A stretch of 64,000 bases of DNA from Armatimonadota bacterium. Lineage in GTDB: Bacteria > Armatimonadota > Fimbriimonadia > Fimbriimonadales > Fimbriimonadaceae. The translations under genes and the position numbers were made by a program. Each line of letters begins with the position of its first letter. Positions within the stretch are counted from its first letter, which is position 1. Shown piece after piece: positions 49,935-60,643 of this stretch. Under the pieces are notes generated by a model, which was not told the origin of the DNA, did no database searches, and saw only the letters and a program-made list of their open reading frames with translations. The stretch is from NCBI GenBank assembly GCA_031400935.1, contig JANNQV010000058.1, forward strand, positions 1 to 64,000. Reading direction: 5' to 3'.

Positions 49935-52007
49935 ATGTCGTGTAATCAAGATTGGGGCCCCCAAAACCCGCACCCTTTTAGCAAACTCAAAACAGAGCTT
50001 GTCTGGGATGGAAAATACGATGAGTTTGGAAATCGAAGGCTAACCAAGCTTCCTGAAACTCCCTGCCCATTGCAAAAGGTTGAGACAGTTGACGAACCAA
50101 GGGACAGGACAATGGCAGAACAGCTAGAACTGTTCAATGAAGCAGAGTTCTTTAAGAAGTGTCACAGGGATGATTTTCGCAACATGCTCATCTGGGGTGA
50201 CAACAAACTTGCTCTGTCTGCGCTTCTAGGAGATTTTCGAGGTGCTGTTGATTTGATCTACATAGATCCTCCCTTTGATAAGTCTGAAGATTTCTCTCTC
50301 TTAACGACTATTGGACACGCAGGCGATGAACTAATGAAACAGGAATCTGTATTGGAAGCTGTCGCTTATAAAGACACATGGGGTAAAGACACGGACTCTT
50401 ACTTGCATATGTTGTTCGAAAGACTTATCATTGCTCGTGAGCTGTTGTCAAGTGAAGGAAGTATCTTCATCCATATTGGTCCTGGGATTTCTCACCTAGT
50501 TCGAGCACTTGCTTCGGAGTGTTTTGGGGCTGAAGGATTTAGAAATGAGATCATTTGGCAGAGGCATGACCCCCACAATGATGCAGTAACCAGGTTAGGC
50601 GTAATCACGGACAGGATTTTGTGGTTATCGAAGTCTAAAAAGCCATACTACGATTCCCAAATTGAGCGTGAATCGCTGTCTGGGGCAGGTGAAAAGGAGT
50701 ATTCATTATTGGAACTAACAGATGGTTCTGTCGTTAACTGGAAGGGTAATGAACATGTCGAAGGGCGCAGATTCAAGCTAGATGATGCAACCTGGAAAGG
50801 GGCCAACAGAAAATTCAAATGGCGTGGAGCTAAACCATCTCCAAAGCGAGAGTGGATGTACGACATTGAGGGCATGGAGACTGCCCTAGCAAATGGCGAA
50901 CTTTATTTGCGAAATCCAAGCAAAGGAGCTGCACGATGCAAGAAGAGCTACCTTGACGAAAACCTCGGAATCTACTTGCAGGATATATGGACATCTGTGG
51001 GGCGAGTTAAGGGTGGATCAGATTATCCAACTCAAAAGCCTGAAAGGCTCATAGAAAGAATCGTAAAAATTGCTTCAAAACAGAACTCATTGGTGCTGGA
51101 CTTCTTTTGCGGCTCCGGGACCACTTGTATAGTTGCTGAGAAGCAAGGTCGTCGTTGGATAGGGGTTGATATTGGTAGATATGCAATTCACACTTCTAGG
51201 AAGCGACTGATTGGAGTGCAAAGAGAGCTTCATTCAAAGAATGAGCCATATAGATCTTTTGATGTCTACAATTTAGGAAGATATGAACGTCAATGGTGGC
51301 AAATTGATCGTTTGAAGGGAGCTGATGAGGAACACAGGGCCATGGTCCTCAAATTCTATAAAGCCACTCCACTTAACAATGCTCCAAATCCTATGCTTCA
51401 TGGTTCACGAAATGGTGCGTTTGTTCATGTCGACAAGATTGACACTATCCTTACCTACGAGGAACTGAGAGAAGTTTCTTTGGCAGCACAAGCTGCTTCA
51501 GGAAGAGAGCTTCATTGCCTTTCCTGGGAATTTGAAATGGGACTGTCTCTTAAGAAGTCTGCATTAGAAGCTGAAACCGGATTGACAATCAAACTGAAGC
51601 AGATTCCAAGAGAGATCATGGAATCAAACCGAACCGAAGTTCAGTTCTTTGAAGCAGGTGCCTTGTCAGCAGAAGGCAATTTTGATGATGGCAAGCTAGA
51701 CATTTCCCTCACCTATTTCAAGCCAGCTTTAGCTGAAGCACCAGAAAGGGAACTTGAAGCGTTGAGAGAAAGAGCAGTGAACACACCTTTTGACTTCATT
51801 GACTTTTGGGCTGTTGACTTTGACCATCATGATGACAAGCCATTTGAGCACCATTGGCAAGACTTTCGAACCAGAAAGGACAGGTCACTGAAGACTACTA
51901 CGGACATTGGCTGGGAATACGAAAAGAAGGGCAAACATCAAATTTGTGTGAAAGTAATTGATGTGTTTGGAGTGGACACCAGTACAGTCTTGGAGATTGA
52001 GACATAG
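49935..52007 (+). CDS. mod: Type III R-M methyltransferase (Mod)
   Basis: LIYIDPPF, YPTQKPE, DFFCGSGTT (beta-class order). Confidence 0.9.
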   Translation: MSCNQDWGPQNPHPFSKLKTELVWDGKYDEFGNRRLTKLPETPCPLQKVETVDEPRDRTMAEQLELFNEAEFFKKCHRDDFRNMLIWGDNKLALSALLGDFRGAVDLIYIDPPFDKSEDFSLLTTIGHAGDELMKQESVLEAVAYKDTWGKDTDSYLHMLFERLIIARELLSSEGSIFIHIGPGISHLVRALASECFGAEGFRNEIIWQRHDPHNDAVTRLGVITDRILWLSKSKKPYYDSQIERESLSGAGEKEYSLLELTDGSVVNWKGNEHVEGRRFKLDDATWKGANRKFKWRGAKPSPKREWMYDIEGMETALANGELYLRNPSKGAARCKKSYLDENLGIYLQDIWTSVGRVKGGSDYPTQKPERLIERIVKIASKQNSLVLDFFCGSGTTCIVAEKQGRRWIGVDIGRYAIHTSRKRLIGVQRELHSKNEPYRSFDVYNLGRYERQWWQIDRLKGADEEHRAMVLKFYKATPLNNAPNPMLHGSRNGAFVHVDKIDTILTYEELREVSLAAQAASGRELHCLSWEFEMGLSLKKSALEAETGLTIKLKQIPREIMESNRTEVQFFEAGALSAEGNFDDGKLDISLTYFKPALAEAPERELEALRERAVNTPFDFIDFWAVDFDHHDDKPFEHHWQDFRTRKDRSLKTTTDIGWEYEKKGKHQICVKVIDVFGVDTSTVLEIET

Positions 52008-52010
52008 GCC

Positions 52011-55000
52011 ATGGCAACAGAGCTTACAGCTGAGAATCGTTCCGCTTTAGAACCCATTTACTTGCCATGGGAGGCTCCAGATAAGCATAGAGTTCCAAAT
52101 CCACTAAGTGGAGCACCAGCAATCATCATGCCAGGCAGAAGGCCAAGTCGATGTCCACTTGTGCGCTCCATTCGAGCACAAGTCGATGAGTGGAGAAAGG
52201 CAGGTTATCCAGGTGCCAGTGATACATCAAAGCAACTACTTTCATTCTGGTTTGATTCTGAACAAAGAGTTTCTGATGATAAAGGCATTGAGTATCCCTT
52301 TCGTTACCATTGGGCACAACGAGAAGCCATTGAGACAATTATCTTTCTGTATGAATTGAGAGGGATTCAAAATGTCGCTTCCCTGCTGGTTGAATTTGGT
52401 GAGGGTCAAGTTGATGACATTGCAGCAGGAATACTTCCTGAGGATGATCGATGGGCAAAGTATTGCTCCAAAGTAGCGACAGGTGGTGGCAAGACTAAGG
52501 TCATGAGCCTTGCAATTGTGTGGAGTTTTTTCCATCGGTTGAGGGAAGCTAGCTCAAACTTAGCTCAGCATTTCGTGATCATTGCCCCAAACCTCACAGT
52601 TTATGAAAGGCTGAAAGATGACTTTGAGAATTGCTTTATTTTCAACTCAGATCCACTAATCCCGGAAGACTGGAAGACAGATTTTCAGTTTCAGGTGGTG
52701 CTTCAAGATGAACCAGGTGGTTCTGCTTCTTTAGGAACCTTGTACCTTACAAACATCCATAGGCTGTATCCAAGCAAAGATGAGAGCCAAGATGCAAGTG
52801 CTTCAGAATCAATATTTGGGCCTGATGTTAAGAAGAGCCAAGCCCTAGACACTAGCGTCAAACTCAGAGAAAGAATTTCTAGTCATCATGGAATCATGGT
52901 GCTGAATGATGAGGCTCACCACCTTCATGATCCAGACTTAGCTTGGAATCGTGCCATTGAATCCCTACACAAACTCAGTCTTTCAAAGGGAAATTCAGGC
53001 ATTTGTGCTCAACTTGATTTCAGTGCAACACCGAAGCAAAATGATGGCAAGCTCTTCAAGCATGTTATTTGTGATTTCCCTCTAGGCGAGGCAGTAGACG
53101 CTGGAATCGTCAAGGTGCCAGTACTTGGTGAGTCGGATGATCTGGTTCCGTATGGTGACAAAAAGACTGCGGCACATCTTCGCTATGCTACTCATCTGAA
53201 GCTTGGATATCAGCTATACGAGAGGAGTTTTGAGGAGTTTGGCAAAGTTCGAAAACCCATTCTCTTTGTAATGACTGAAGATGCTGCATCGGCTAACGAG
53301 ATTTCAGATTTCTTGGATAGTGATCAATTTCCGTTACTGAAAGGCATGGTTCTGAACATCCACACACGGTTGAAAGGAAGCATTAGAAAAGTAACTAGAA
53401 ATGGCAGAGAAGTCAAAGAGTTCATTGAAAGCGAATCTGGGATGAAGCCAGAAGAACTTCGTGCTCTTAGAGAGATGTCTAGGGACCTAGATTCACCTTC
53501 AAGTAAGTTTCGCTGTGTGGTTTCTGTAATGATGCTTAGAGAAGGATGGGATGTTAGAAATGTCACGACTATTGTCCCATTGAGACCCTATTCAGCAGCA
53601 TCTGGGATTTTGCCAGAACAAACTCTTGGCAGAGGACTTAGAAGGATGTTTCCAGGTGAGCCAGACAAGACTGAAAAGGTCGTTGTTGTTCACCACAAAG
53701 CGTTTCGTGAGCTCTACGAAAAGGAACTTGCTCAAGAGGGTTTAGACATTGCATTTCTACCCATACGAGATATATTCAAAGAAACAGTAACCATATTTGT
53801 TGACCACGATAAGAAGAATGTTGAGGAATTGGAAATTGAGATTCCATTGGTCTCAGATGCAGTGGAGTCGACGACTGAGCTTCAAAGTCTTGAATTTAGC
53901 GAGTTTGCCAACTACTTCAAAGCCAACTATAGGCCCTTGCCAGTTGGCCAAAAGAAAGATGCACAAATCTCATATGAGGAAAGGCACCTGTTTACAGACG
54001 AGATTGTTGCACAGTTCAAGTTAGATGCTGGATTGCTTGCTGCTGCTTTTACTGCATCTACCTATTTTGCCCAGATGCTTGGAAGAGGATGCAGAATTAG
54101 CAATCCGCACAAAGTTCTGGAGCCATTAATTGAAAGGTTCTTATCCGAAGTCTTATTTGAAAGAAAGGTCAGCCTTTACAATGGTGAAGTTGACCACAGA
54201 ATGAGAGATGCAGATGTTTTGGAACACGTGAAAGCAACATTTGCTCCCTTAATAACAAAGAAAACAGTCTGGATAAAGGATCGTAAAAAGCTCTCAAAGG
54301 GTTCAAGACTCTCCGTTTGGAAACCATACCAAGCGACAAGCACTGCTGATAGACCTGCACTTCCCGCAAAGAGAACCATGTTCAACTTGGTTCCTTGTGC
54401 AAACGAGTTAGAGCAGGGATTCACAGACTTTTGTGAGTTTGCAACTGACGTAGCTGCATTTGTCAAAAACAATGGCCCGCAGAAGCTAATGATTGATTAC
54501 CTGAAGCCTGATGGACAAAGGGCCCTTTATGTTCCAGATTTCTTTGTTAGGTCAACGTCAGGCAAACACTTTCTTGTCGAGCTGAAGGGAAAGGTTGATG
54601 AACTTGTCCCGATGAAAGCACAGGCTGCATCAACTTGGTGCAAAGCTGCTTCAAAGGAAGTGGATTGGGAGTACCTATATATTCCGTACCATCTGTTTCA
54701 ACAAAGCCATGCTTCAACAATTGCCGATATGGCCAGAGCCTGCATCCCTTCATTGAAGGATCTGATAAGCGAAGCAAAGAACCGTCAAGCAACACTACCA
54801 CTAGAAGAAGCTACAGCCCTTGCTCATGCTGAAGACCTCTACACCAAGACTTTGGCCAAATGCGGTGTGTCATTGCTTTCGGCAGATGTCGAAGGGAGAG
54901 TCCGACAAGCTCTTAATGCGCTTGAAGATGCTGTAGTAAAGAAGGCACCAACACTAGGCTTGGCTTTCCAACCACTTCTTGGTTCCCTTGATAATCTGTC

Positions 55001-55430
55001 CTTTCGCATCCTTGATCAAAGACTAAGTTCTCATGTCCCACCCACCACAACCGAGAGAGAATACTACTTTGATCCTGTACTGTCAGGTTTTAGCGGTGGT
55101 GGACTCACTACCCTTCAAAAGCACCAAAGGTGGCTGAAGGATAATCTTGTTCATGGCAGAAGAATGCAATTACTTGCAACACTTCTCTTTTGTTTGAAAT
55201 ATGCCAACGAGTGGGATCGGGATGCAGGTGGAGTCTGGGATGATGTCAGAGATGAATTCTCTGCTGAGAAGTTGGCAATTCTGTTGCCGATTCTCACAAA
55301 TGTAAATGATGTTAGGAACAGAAGCGTTGCACACGTAGACGTTGAGCTATCAGACCCAGAGGAAGCTTGGATCTACATGCGTGAGTGGATTAAGTGCCTT
55401 GCCATGATGCTTGACGGACTCGAATCTTAG
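52011..55430 (+). CDS. res: Type III R-M restriction subunit (Res) with extra C-terminal domain
   Basis: ATGGGKT, NDEAHH, FSATP, LREGWD, QTLGRGLR, YVPDF..VELKG nuclease motif. Confidence 0.9.
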   Translation: MATELTAENRSALEPIYLPWEAPDKHRVPNPLSGAPAIIMPGRRPSRCPLVRSIRAQVDEWRKAGYPGASDTSKQLLSFWFDSEQRVSDDKGIEYPFRYHWAQREAIETIIFLYELRGIQNVASLLVEFGEGQVDDIAAGILPEDDRWAKYCSKVATGGGKTKVMSLAIVWSFFHRLREASSNLAQHFVIIAPNLTVYERLKDDFENCFIFNSDPLIPEDWKTDFQFQVVLQDEPGGSASLGTLYLTNIHRLYPSKDESQDASASESIFGPDVKKSQALDTSVKLRERISSHHGIMVLNDEAHHLHDPDLAWNRAIESLHKLSLSKGNSGICAQLDFSATPKQNDGKLFKHVICDFPLGEAVDAGIVKVPVLGESDDLVPYGDKKTAAHLRYATHLKLGYQLYERSFEEFGKVRKPILFVMTEDAASANEISDFLDSDQFPLLKGMVLNIHTRLKGSIRKVTRNGREVKEFIESESGMKPEELRALREMSRDLDSPSSKFRCVVSVMMLREGWDVRNVTTIVPLRPYSAASGILPEQTLGRGLRRMFPGEPDKTEKVVVVHHKAFRELYEKELAQEGLDIAFLPIRDIFKETVTIFVDHDKKNVEELEIEIPLVSDAVESTTELQSLEFSEFANYFKANYRPLPVGQKKDAQISYEERHLFTDEIVAQFKLDAGLLAAAFTASTYFAQMLGRGCRISNPHKVLEPLIERFLSEVLFERKVSLYNGEVDHRMRDADVLEHVKATFAPLITKKTVWIKDRKKLSKGSRLSVWKPYQATSTADRPALPAKRTMFNLVPCANELEQGFTDFCEFATDVAAFVKNNGPQKLMIDYLKPDGQRALYVPDFFVRSTSGKHFLVELKGKVDELVPMKAQAASTWCKAASKEVDWEYLYIPYHLFQQSHASTIADMARACIPSLKDLISEAKNRQATLPLEEATALAHAEDLYTKTLAKCGVSLLSADVEGRVRQALNALEDAVVKKAPTLGLAFQPLLGSLDNLSFRILDQRLSSHVPPTTTEREYYFDPVLSGFSGGGLTTLQKHQRWLKDNLVHGRRMQLLATLLFCLKYANEWDRDAGGVWDDVRDEFSAEKLAILLPILTNVNDVRNRSVAHVDVELSDPEEAWIYMREWIKCLAMMLDGLES

Positions 55431-55495
55431 CACGAAAACTTGGATGAAATAGCAAATTGGGACCTGTGGTAAGACTCTATCAGGATGGATTGAGA

Positions 55496-57256
55496 TTACG
55501 AGCTGAATCCGATTTGGTCCAGGAACCTGCATGGCCTGTTCCGAGTATCCGAACCATCTGTGAACACCATCAGAACTTTCTTTGCCCTAGTGAGGGCGAC
55601 ATACAGCACCCTCAGACTTTCAGCGATCTGTTCATCCTTCTCAGTCTGATCTGAGATGTATTCAACCGAGAAGTGTGGGATTCGACCATCGTGAGCATCT
55701 ATGATGGCAACAGCATCGAACTCTCTACCTTTCGCTTTGTGAATCGTCATCAGTTGGAGACAGAGTTTTGGTCTTGCAAAGATTCCAAGATCTTCAACTT
55801 TAAGGTTCTCGTTTTCCTTGGTTGAAGCGATGTCCTCTGCCATACGACTCGCGGATTCAATCAAGGAATCTGCTTCAGAATCTCCAATGGCTTCAGCCTC
55901 AATCAGTACTCTTGCGAAGGCTCTTGTCGCTTCGATCACCCATTCTACGGCATATTCGTACTTTGACCTTGCTTGCCGAGCTACCTTCAGGATCTCGCAT
56001 AATATGACCCTTCCCTTGAAATCGTAGACACTAACAGTGGAATCTGGAACTAGGTTCGTCAACAGAATGTACAGGGCACGTTGCACTGACAGAACAATCT
56101 CTGGTTCTGGGCTTTCCAGATATGCTCCAATTGCTTCCATGAGCTGAGCAACTTGGTTCGATCTCTTGTATGGTCTCGCTCCTGGGCCAACAACAGGTAT
56201 CCCTTGAGCCCTCAATTCCTTGGCCACCTTGTACAGTGAAAACCACCAGGGAGCAAGGATCGCTGCATTGCCTATTTCAATGTTATGTTCTTTCAGTTTT
56301 GGTAAGAAGTGAGTAAATATGGCATCGTTGGTTGAATCCGCATGAATGCGCTGTGGAGTCTCCACAAAGTCAATATGTTCACCAACAGCCATCATTGGAG
56401 GAACAGTCGGTAAAAGATTCTCAGCACAGTTAACGATCCTCTGAGAGCATCGAAAGTTTCCAGTAAGTCTCACATCAAGTGAAGCTCCAGTGCTTTCAGC
56501 GAACTTGGTTAGCAATGTTGGAGTCGCTCCAGCAAATCTGTATATTGACTGATTGGGATCTCCAACGCAAAAGAACTTTGTCTTACCATACGAATGAATT
56601 CGATAAAGAATTCTGATCTGTCCCGGTGATGTGTCTTGAAACTCATCAACCAAGAGAAATGCGAACTTGCTTGCCAATCCTCTGGCGATATGGTTGTACT
56701 CGATGAGTTTCGATGCAAAGTATACGATGTCATTCAAGCAAACATATGCATTGTCATCACACCACTTGCACCATTCCACCATCAGCTGAGTTGATAATCC
56801 TTGGACTTGGTACGGTGATCCATTTGGACTTCTATTAATTTGCTCAAAGAGTTGTTTATCCTTGGCTCGAAGATCGTACTTAGTGATTAACTCATCAACT
56901 TTGTCCTTGAACTCTTCAGCATCCTGAGTTAAGATTGTATAACCATCTTTCAATACTGGAAGAAGATGATAAAACGGCCTTAGGATATGTTTGAGGCAGA
57001 ATGAATGGATCGTGCTGACTTCATACAAGTCATCATCATTGCCAAAGCTGGATGAGCGAATCCTTGCATCAATCTCATCTGCGGCTGCATTGGTGTGCGT
57101 AATGCATCCAACTTTCCTGGTTGTGCCTCTGACAACATCAACACAATAAATGAGCTTAGCAATAATCACCCTTGTCTTGCCACTTCCAGGACATGATACA
57201 AGGCACACATTGCCCTCGATCTCAATCGCTTGACGTTGCTCTACGGTAAGTCTCAT
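55496..57256 (-). CDS. UvrD-like helicase (GajB-like)
   Basis: PGSGKT, LVDEFQD, VGDPNQSIY, NFRC, TIHKAKGREF, LYVALTRAK; ATGA-coupled to the OLD nuclease. Confidence 0.88.
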   Translation of the reverse strand: MRLTVEQRQAIEIEGNVCLVSCPGSGKTRVIIAKLIYCVDVVRGTTRKVGCITHTNAAADEIDARIRSSSFGNDDDLYEVSTIHSFCLKHILRPFYHLLPVLKDGYTILTQDAEEFKDKVDELITKYDLRAKDKQLFEQINRSPNGSPYQVQGLSTQLMVEWCKWCDDNAYVCLNDIVYFASKLIEYNHIARGLASKFAFLLVDEFQDTSPGQIRILYRIHSYGKTKFFCVGDPNQSIYRFAGATPTLLTKFAESTGASLDVRLTGNFRCSQRIVNCAENLLPTVPPMMAVGEHIDFVETPQRIHADSTNDAIFTHFLPKLKEHNIEIGNAAILAPWWFSLYKVAKELRAQGIPVVGPGARPYKRSNQVAQLMEAIGAYLESPEPEIVLSVQRALYILLTNLVPDSTVSVYDFKGRVILCEILKVARQARSKYEYAVEWVIEATRAFARVLIEAEAIGDSEADSLIESASRMAEDIASTKENENLKVEDLGIFARPKLCLQLMTIHKAKGREFDAVAIIDAHDGRIPHFSVEYISDQTEKDEQIAESLRVLYVALTRAKKVLMVFTDGSDTRNRPCRFLDQIGFSS

Positions 57257-59064
57257 CCTGTAAGCCACTCAACAGCTTTTGAAACGTACTCAGGAATGTC
57301 GTTTGCATGTTTCGTATGTCGAGCTGTAATTTGTGCAAATCTGGCCTTACCAATTCTCTTTGCAAGATTCAGAACCCTTGTCCCGATCTGATCTGTTGGA
57401 AGGTTTGCTTCCTCTCTCGCAATTGCTTCTTGTAGTTCCTTGAGTAACTTTTGCAAAGATGCAGCTTGGACTTCGTATGCTGCCCATTCCAACATATGAA
57501 AGTTGCCCGATGTAGCAATCTCCCTTTCAAACGTAGAAGTACTTTGGAACACTTTCACCAAGTCGTTTTCTTCTACATTCAGTTGCCTCAATGTACTGAC
57601 ATCAACATCAGATTCTGCATCTTCAGTATCGACTGCATCTGAGGGGACAAGATCACCGTCTGCAACCACAGCACACTTCTTTTGAATTCCTTCAGGACCA
57701 AACAGCTTCGCATAGACTGAGAAGTGAGTTCCATATATCGGAACAACAGATATTCCAAGATCTTCCAAGTCAATTCCCATAACCTGTTTGACCAATGGTG
57801 GGATCAAGAATTGTTCTGCTGGACCTTCAACCAACATGACACGTCGAGCATACAAGAGTGTGGATCTGGTTGCGTCGAGGTATCGCTCCAGATCTGCCCC
57901 AATCTTCTCATCAATCCCTGGAATCTGTGCAACTCGAACAGATCCTGTGGCTGCACTGCCAGTAGATGTAAGGACTACTTGCCTTTCCAATGGAATCGCA
58001 GATGTGACGTGTGTGCTATGTGAAGTTACAAATACCTGGACACTTTTGTTCAGCAACATTGAAACCAGAACCCTCTGAAGCTGTGGATGCAAATGTGCCT
58101 CAGGCTCTTCAATCAATAGCAGCTGGCCAGCCATTTTCGCATCAACTCGACGCTGCTCGAAATATCTCAGGATCATGCTGATGAAGAGAACATTATTCAA
58201 GCCAAGTCCATTTCTGGATGGATCTATATTGTCCAGTCCATAACCTGAAAGTAGAACCTTGATACCTCTTGTAATATCAGTGAATGTTGGAGTTCCTAAT
58301 CCCAATGAAACCGACATTGAATATGTTTTGCCAGCCGCTTCGCCAAATGAAGCTGTGATCTCATTCGCAAGATCCTTGATTGATTCGCTGTCATTGATTT
58401 GCTTGTTCGCATCCTTCAATAAGTCAACTAAGCCGGTTTGCTCTTCAGCAGGGAATCCTTTCTGATCAATCAATTGCTGAAGCGGAGATCCTCTTTGTTG
58501 AGCAAGCCGCGATTCAACATCTCGCAGAGCTTCCATCAATACGACCAAATATCCCTGCTGTAGTGTTTCGGATCGGAAGTAAGATCCAAAGTTGTCACTC
58601 CAACTGATTGTGGACAGATCAATATCATCTCCACCACCAACCAATTCCCAATGATAGTCATCAAGGTTCAGTTCTCTGGCAGGTTTGCCATCTCCCCATT
58701 GAGCGATCTCGTCTCTGACCACAGCTCTCGGCCTGAATCTGTAGCTGAGCCTTGCTACTCCAGATTCAAGTACAGCTTCACAAATCAATGCCTCTTGCTC
58801 AGGCTGATCGGCAAAGTCCGAGAACTCAATTGAGATCAGCACATGCTCAGGCTTTTTGAATGTGAGGCCGACTGAAACCTCATCTTCCTGCAAACACCGT
58901 CGAGCAGAGCTGATAGTTCCGTCCAATACGAGCCTAAGTGCATAGAAGAGGTTTGTCTTTCCAGAGTTATTCTCACCGATGAAGCAAGTCACTCCGTCGC
59001 AAATTGGGACATCCAAGTGTCGGAAGTTACGAAAATTCCTTATGAAAATCCTGCTAATGTGCAT
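57253..59064 (-). CDS. OLD-family ATP-dependent TOPRIM endonuclease (GajA-like)
   Basis: IGENNSGKT, LIEEPEAHLHPQ, TSHS, LVEGPAE, ADGD. Confidence 0.88.
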   Translation of the reverse strand: MHISRIFIRNFRNFRHLDVPICDGVTCFIGENNSGKTNLFYALRLVLDGTISSARRCLQEDEVSVGLTFKKPEHVLISIEFSDFADQPEQEALICEAVLESGVARLSYRFRPRAVVRDEIAQWGDGKPARELNLDDYHWELVGGGDDIDLSTISWSDNFGSYFRSETLQQGYLVVLMEALRDVESRLAQQRGSPLQQLIDQKGFPAEEQTGLVDLLKDANKQINDSESIKDLANEITASFGEAAGKTYSMSVSLGLGTPTFTDITRGIKVLLSGYGLDNIDPSRNGLGLNNVLFISMILRYFEQRRVDAKMAGQLLLIEEPEAHLHPQLQRVLVSMLLNKSVQVFVTSHSTHVTSAIPLERQVVLTSTGSAATGSVRVAQIPGIDEKIGADLERYLDATRSTLLYARRVMLVEGPAEQFLIPPLVKQVMGIDLEDLGISVVPIYGTHFSVYAKLFGPEGIQKKCAVVADGDLVPSDAVDTEDAESDVDVSTLRQLNVEENDLVKVFQSTSTFEREIATSGNFHMLEWAAYEVQAASLQKLLKELQEAIAREEANLPTDQIGTRVLNLAKRIGKARFAQITARHTKHANDIPEYVSKAVEWLTG

Positions 59065-60643
59065 TTCTTGTCCCAAATCCTCACAACAAAGACCCTCTCG
59101 AACTAAGTATACGCATTGGCTTGTTAAAAACTAGAGGTCCGTGAATATGGATGCCATGAAAAGGCTTGGAATGCTCTGAAAATGCGGAATACTTTTCTTT
59201 GCAATTTCACTCCCATAAGTTTATTCAGGCAGAAGCTGCCATTGTCCTAGCCTGCTCTTCTTTTGGCTCTGTCAAGAGAGCCCTTCCTTTTGTTTCAAAC
59301 TTATTTTCACAACTCAAATAAACTGGAAAGGAAAGAGTGTAACTTAGTTACACATTTCTTTGATTAGGTTCGATTCGGGTTTTCCTTCCTTAAGCGCCCT
59401 TCCTCAAGCCTCCAATCTCATATAACTTTTATTAAATTCTGAAAGGGAGAACTGGGAACTGTGTTCCCAGATTCTTGACGAACTTGTTTTTCAAGGCATT
59501 TTTATTCTCTGTTTCAGAATTGAGTTTATTGGGTTCAAGATGCAGAAACTCCTTAAGACTCAAATTCCTACGAATCAACTTTACTAAATTCTGGATTGAA
59601 GAATAATGGGAACGAGGTTCCCATTACCAAAGGATCATTTATTTCACTATTCAGTATTTTTGAATTAACTTGAAATCCTAAGGAACTCCATCTATACTGC
59701 TCCCTGTTCAAGGGAGCAATTTGTTTTTGCTGGAAATAGGTTCGAATATGATGAAGAAATCTCTCTCGGTGATCCACCAATACTAATCTTCACTCCCATT
59801 TCCCAAGCTCTGCTGTGAAGCAATCAGGGTCTCTTACGTGTTTTTGAGAAGGTGCACGACTGTTTACGTGCCGCTGCATACTTCAGCTAACCGCTTCAAC
59901 CAGATGCCTTGGTTTAGGATGGGACTTACACCTTGCTCTTTTGCAGAGCTTCTATATGCTGGTCCAAGAAATATGATCTTGGCCTTTCTTTCACCCACAA
60001 TTCGACTTGCAGATGTTATTTTCAAATTCAATATTATTGTTGTGGCAATCGAGACAAACTTGCACAGTTTCTTGCGATTTCCAAATCAAATAGAGGATGC
60101 GACCTCTAATAATACTACTCATTTTCTGACGGAAATATTACAAAAATCTCTCAACATCCTGAGAACATTCAAGAAGGAATATGATCCTGAACAGCCCTGT
60201 TCACATACAAAAGGGCACAGAAATGACTTAACCCCACCTTAGGCCCACCCTAGCTATGGGTTAGGGTACCAATGTAGTCTTAAAGAGCGCAGTAAGTCCC
60301 CAGTAACCACAAGTCTTCCTAGCATTGAAGCTCTTAGAGAACGAGAACCCAATAATGACATACCTCTGAGAGATAGGGGCGCCTTGAGTTAATGACCCCC
60401 CCATCGTTTCTGAGAATTATATTTTCCTCCAGTGGTCCTGTTTCCACAGACTTCGTCTGTGCCTAGGGCAGCCCAAATTCCAACTAGGTGGTGAAAGACA
60501 AGTTCTTTCTATATTCCAGTTTTGTATTTAAGAAAGGGTAGCTCCAGCTTCGCTGGAGAAAGAAATCGCTCACTCAGTTACTCCAACTCACTCACTCACA
60601 AACCTGTTAAGGGTCAGGCCGAGTGCTTGATAAGGAGAAATCA

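Noticed and set aside
59315..59720. CRISPR array or integron attC array
   Set aside because: Units are not identical, spacing is irregular, no cas or intI gene is present, and no ORFs lie between the palindromes. No CRISPR array was seen anywhere in the window.
59838..60242. 134-aa plus-strand ORF, and a short minus-strand fragment faintly like a MerR-type HTH/excisionase (~59930-60080)
   Set aside because: No convincing start or RBS and no recognisable motif; similarity too weak to call.
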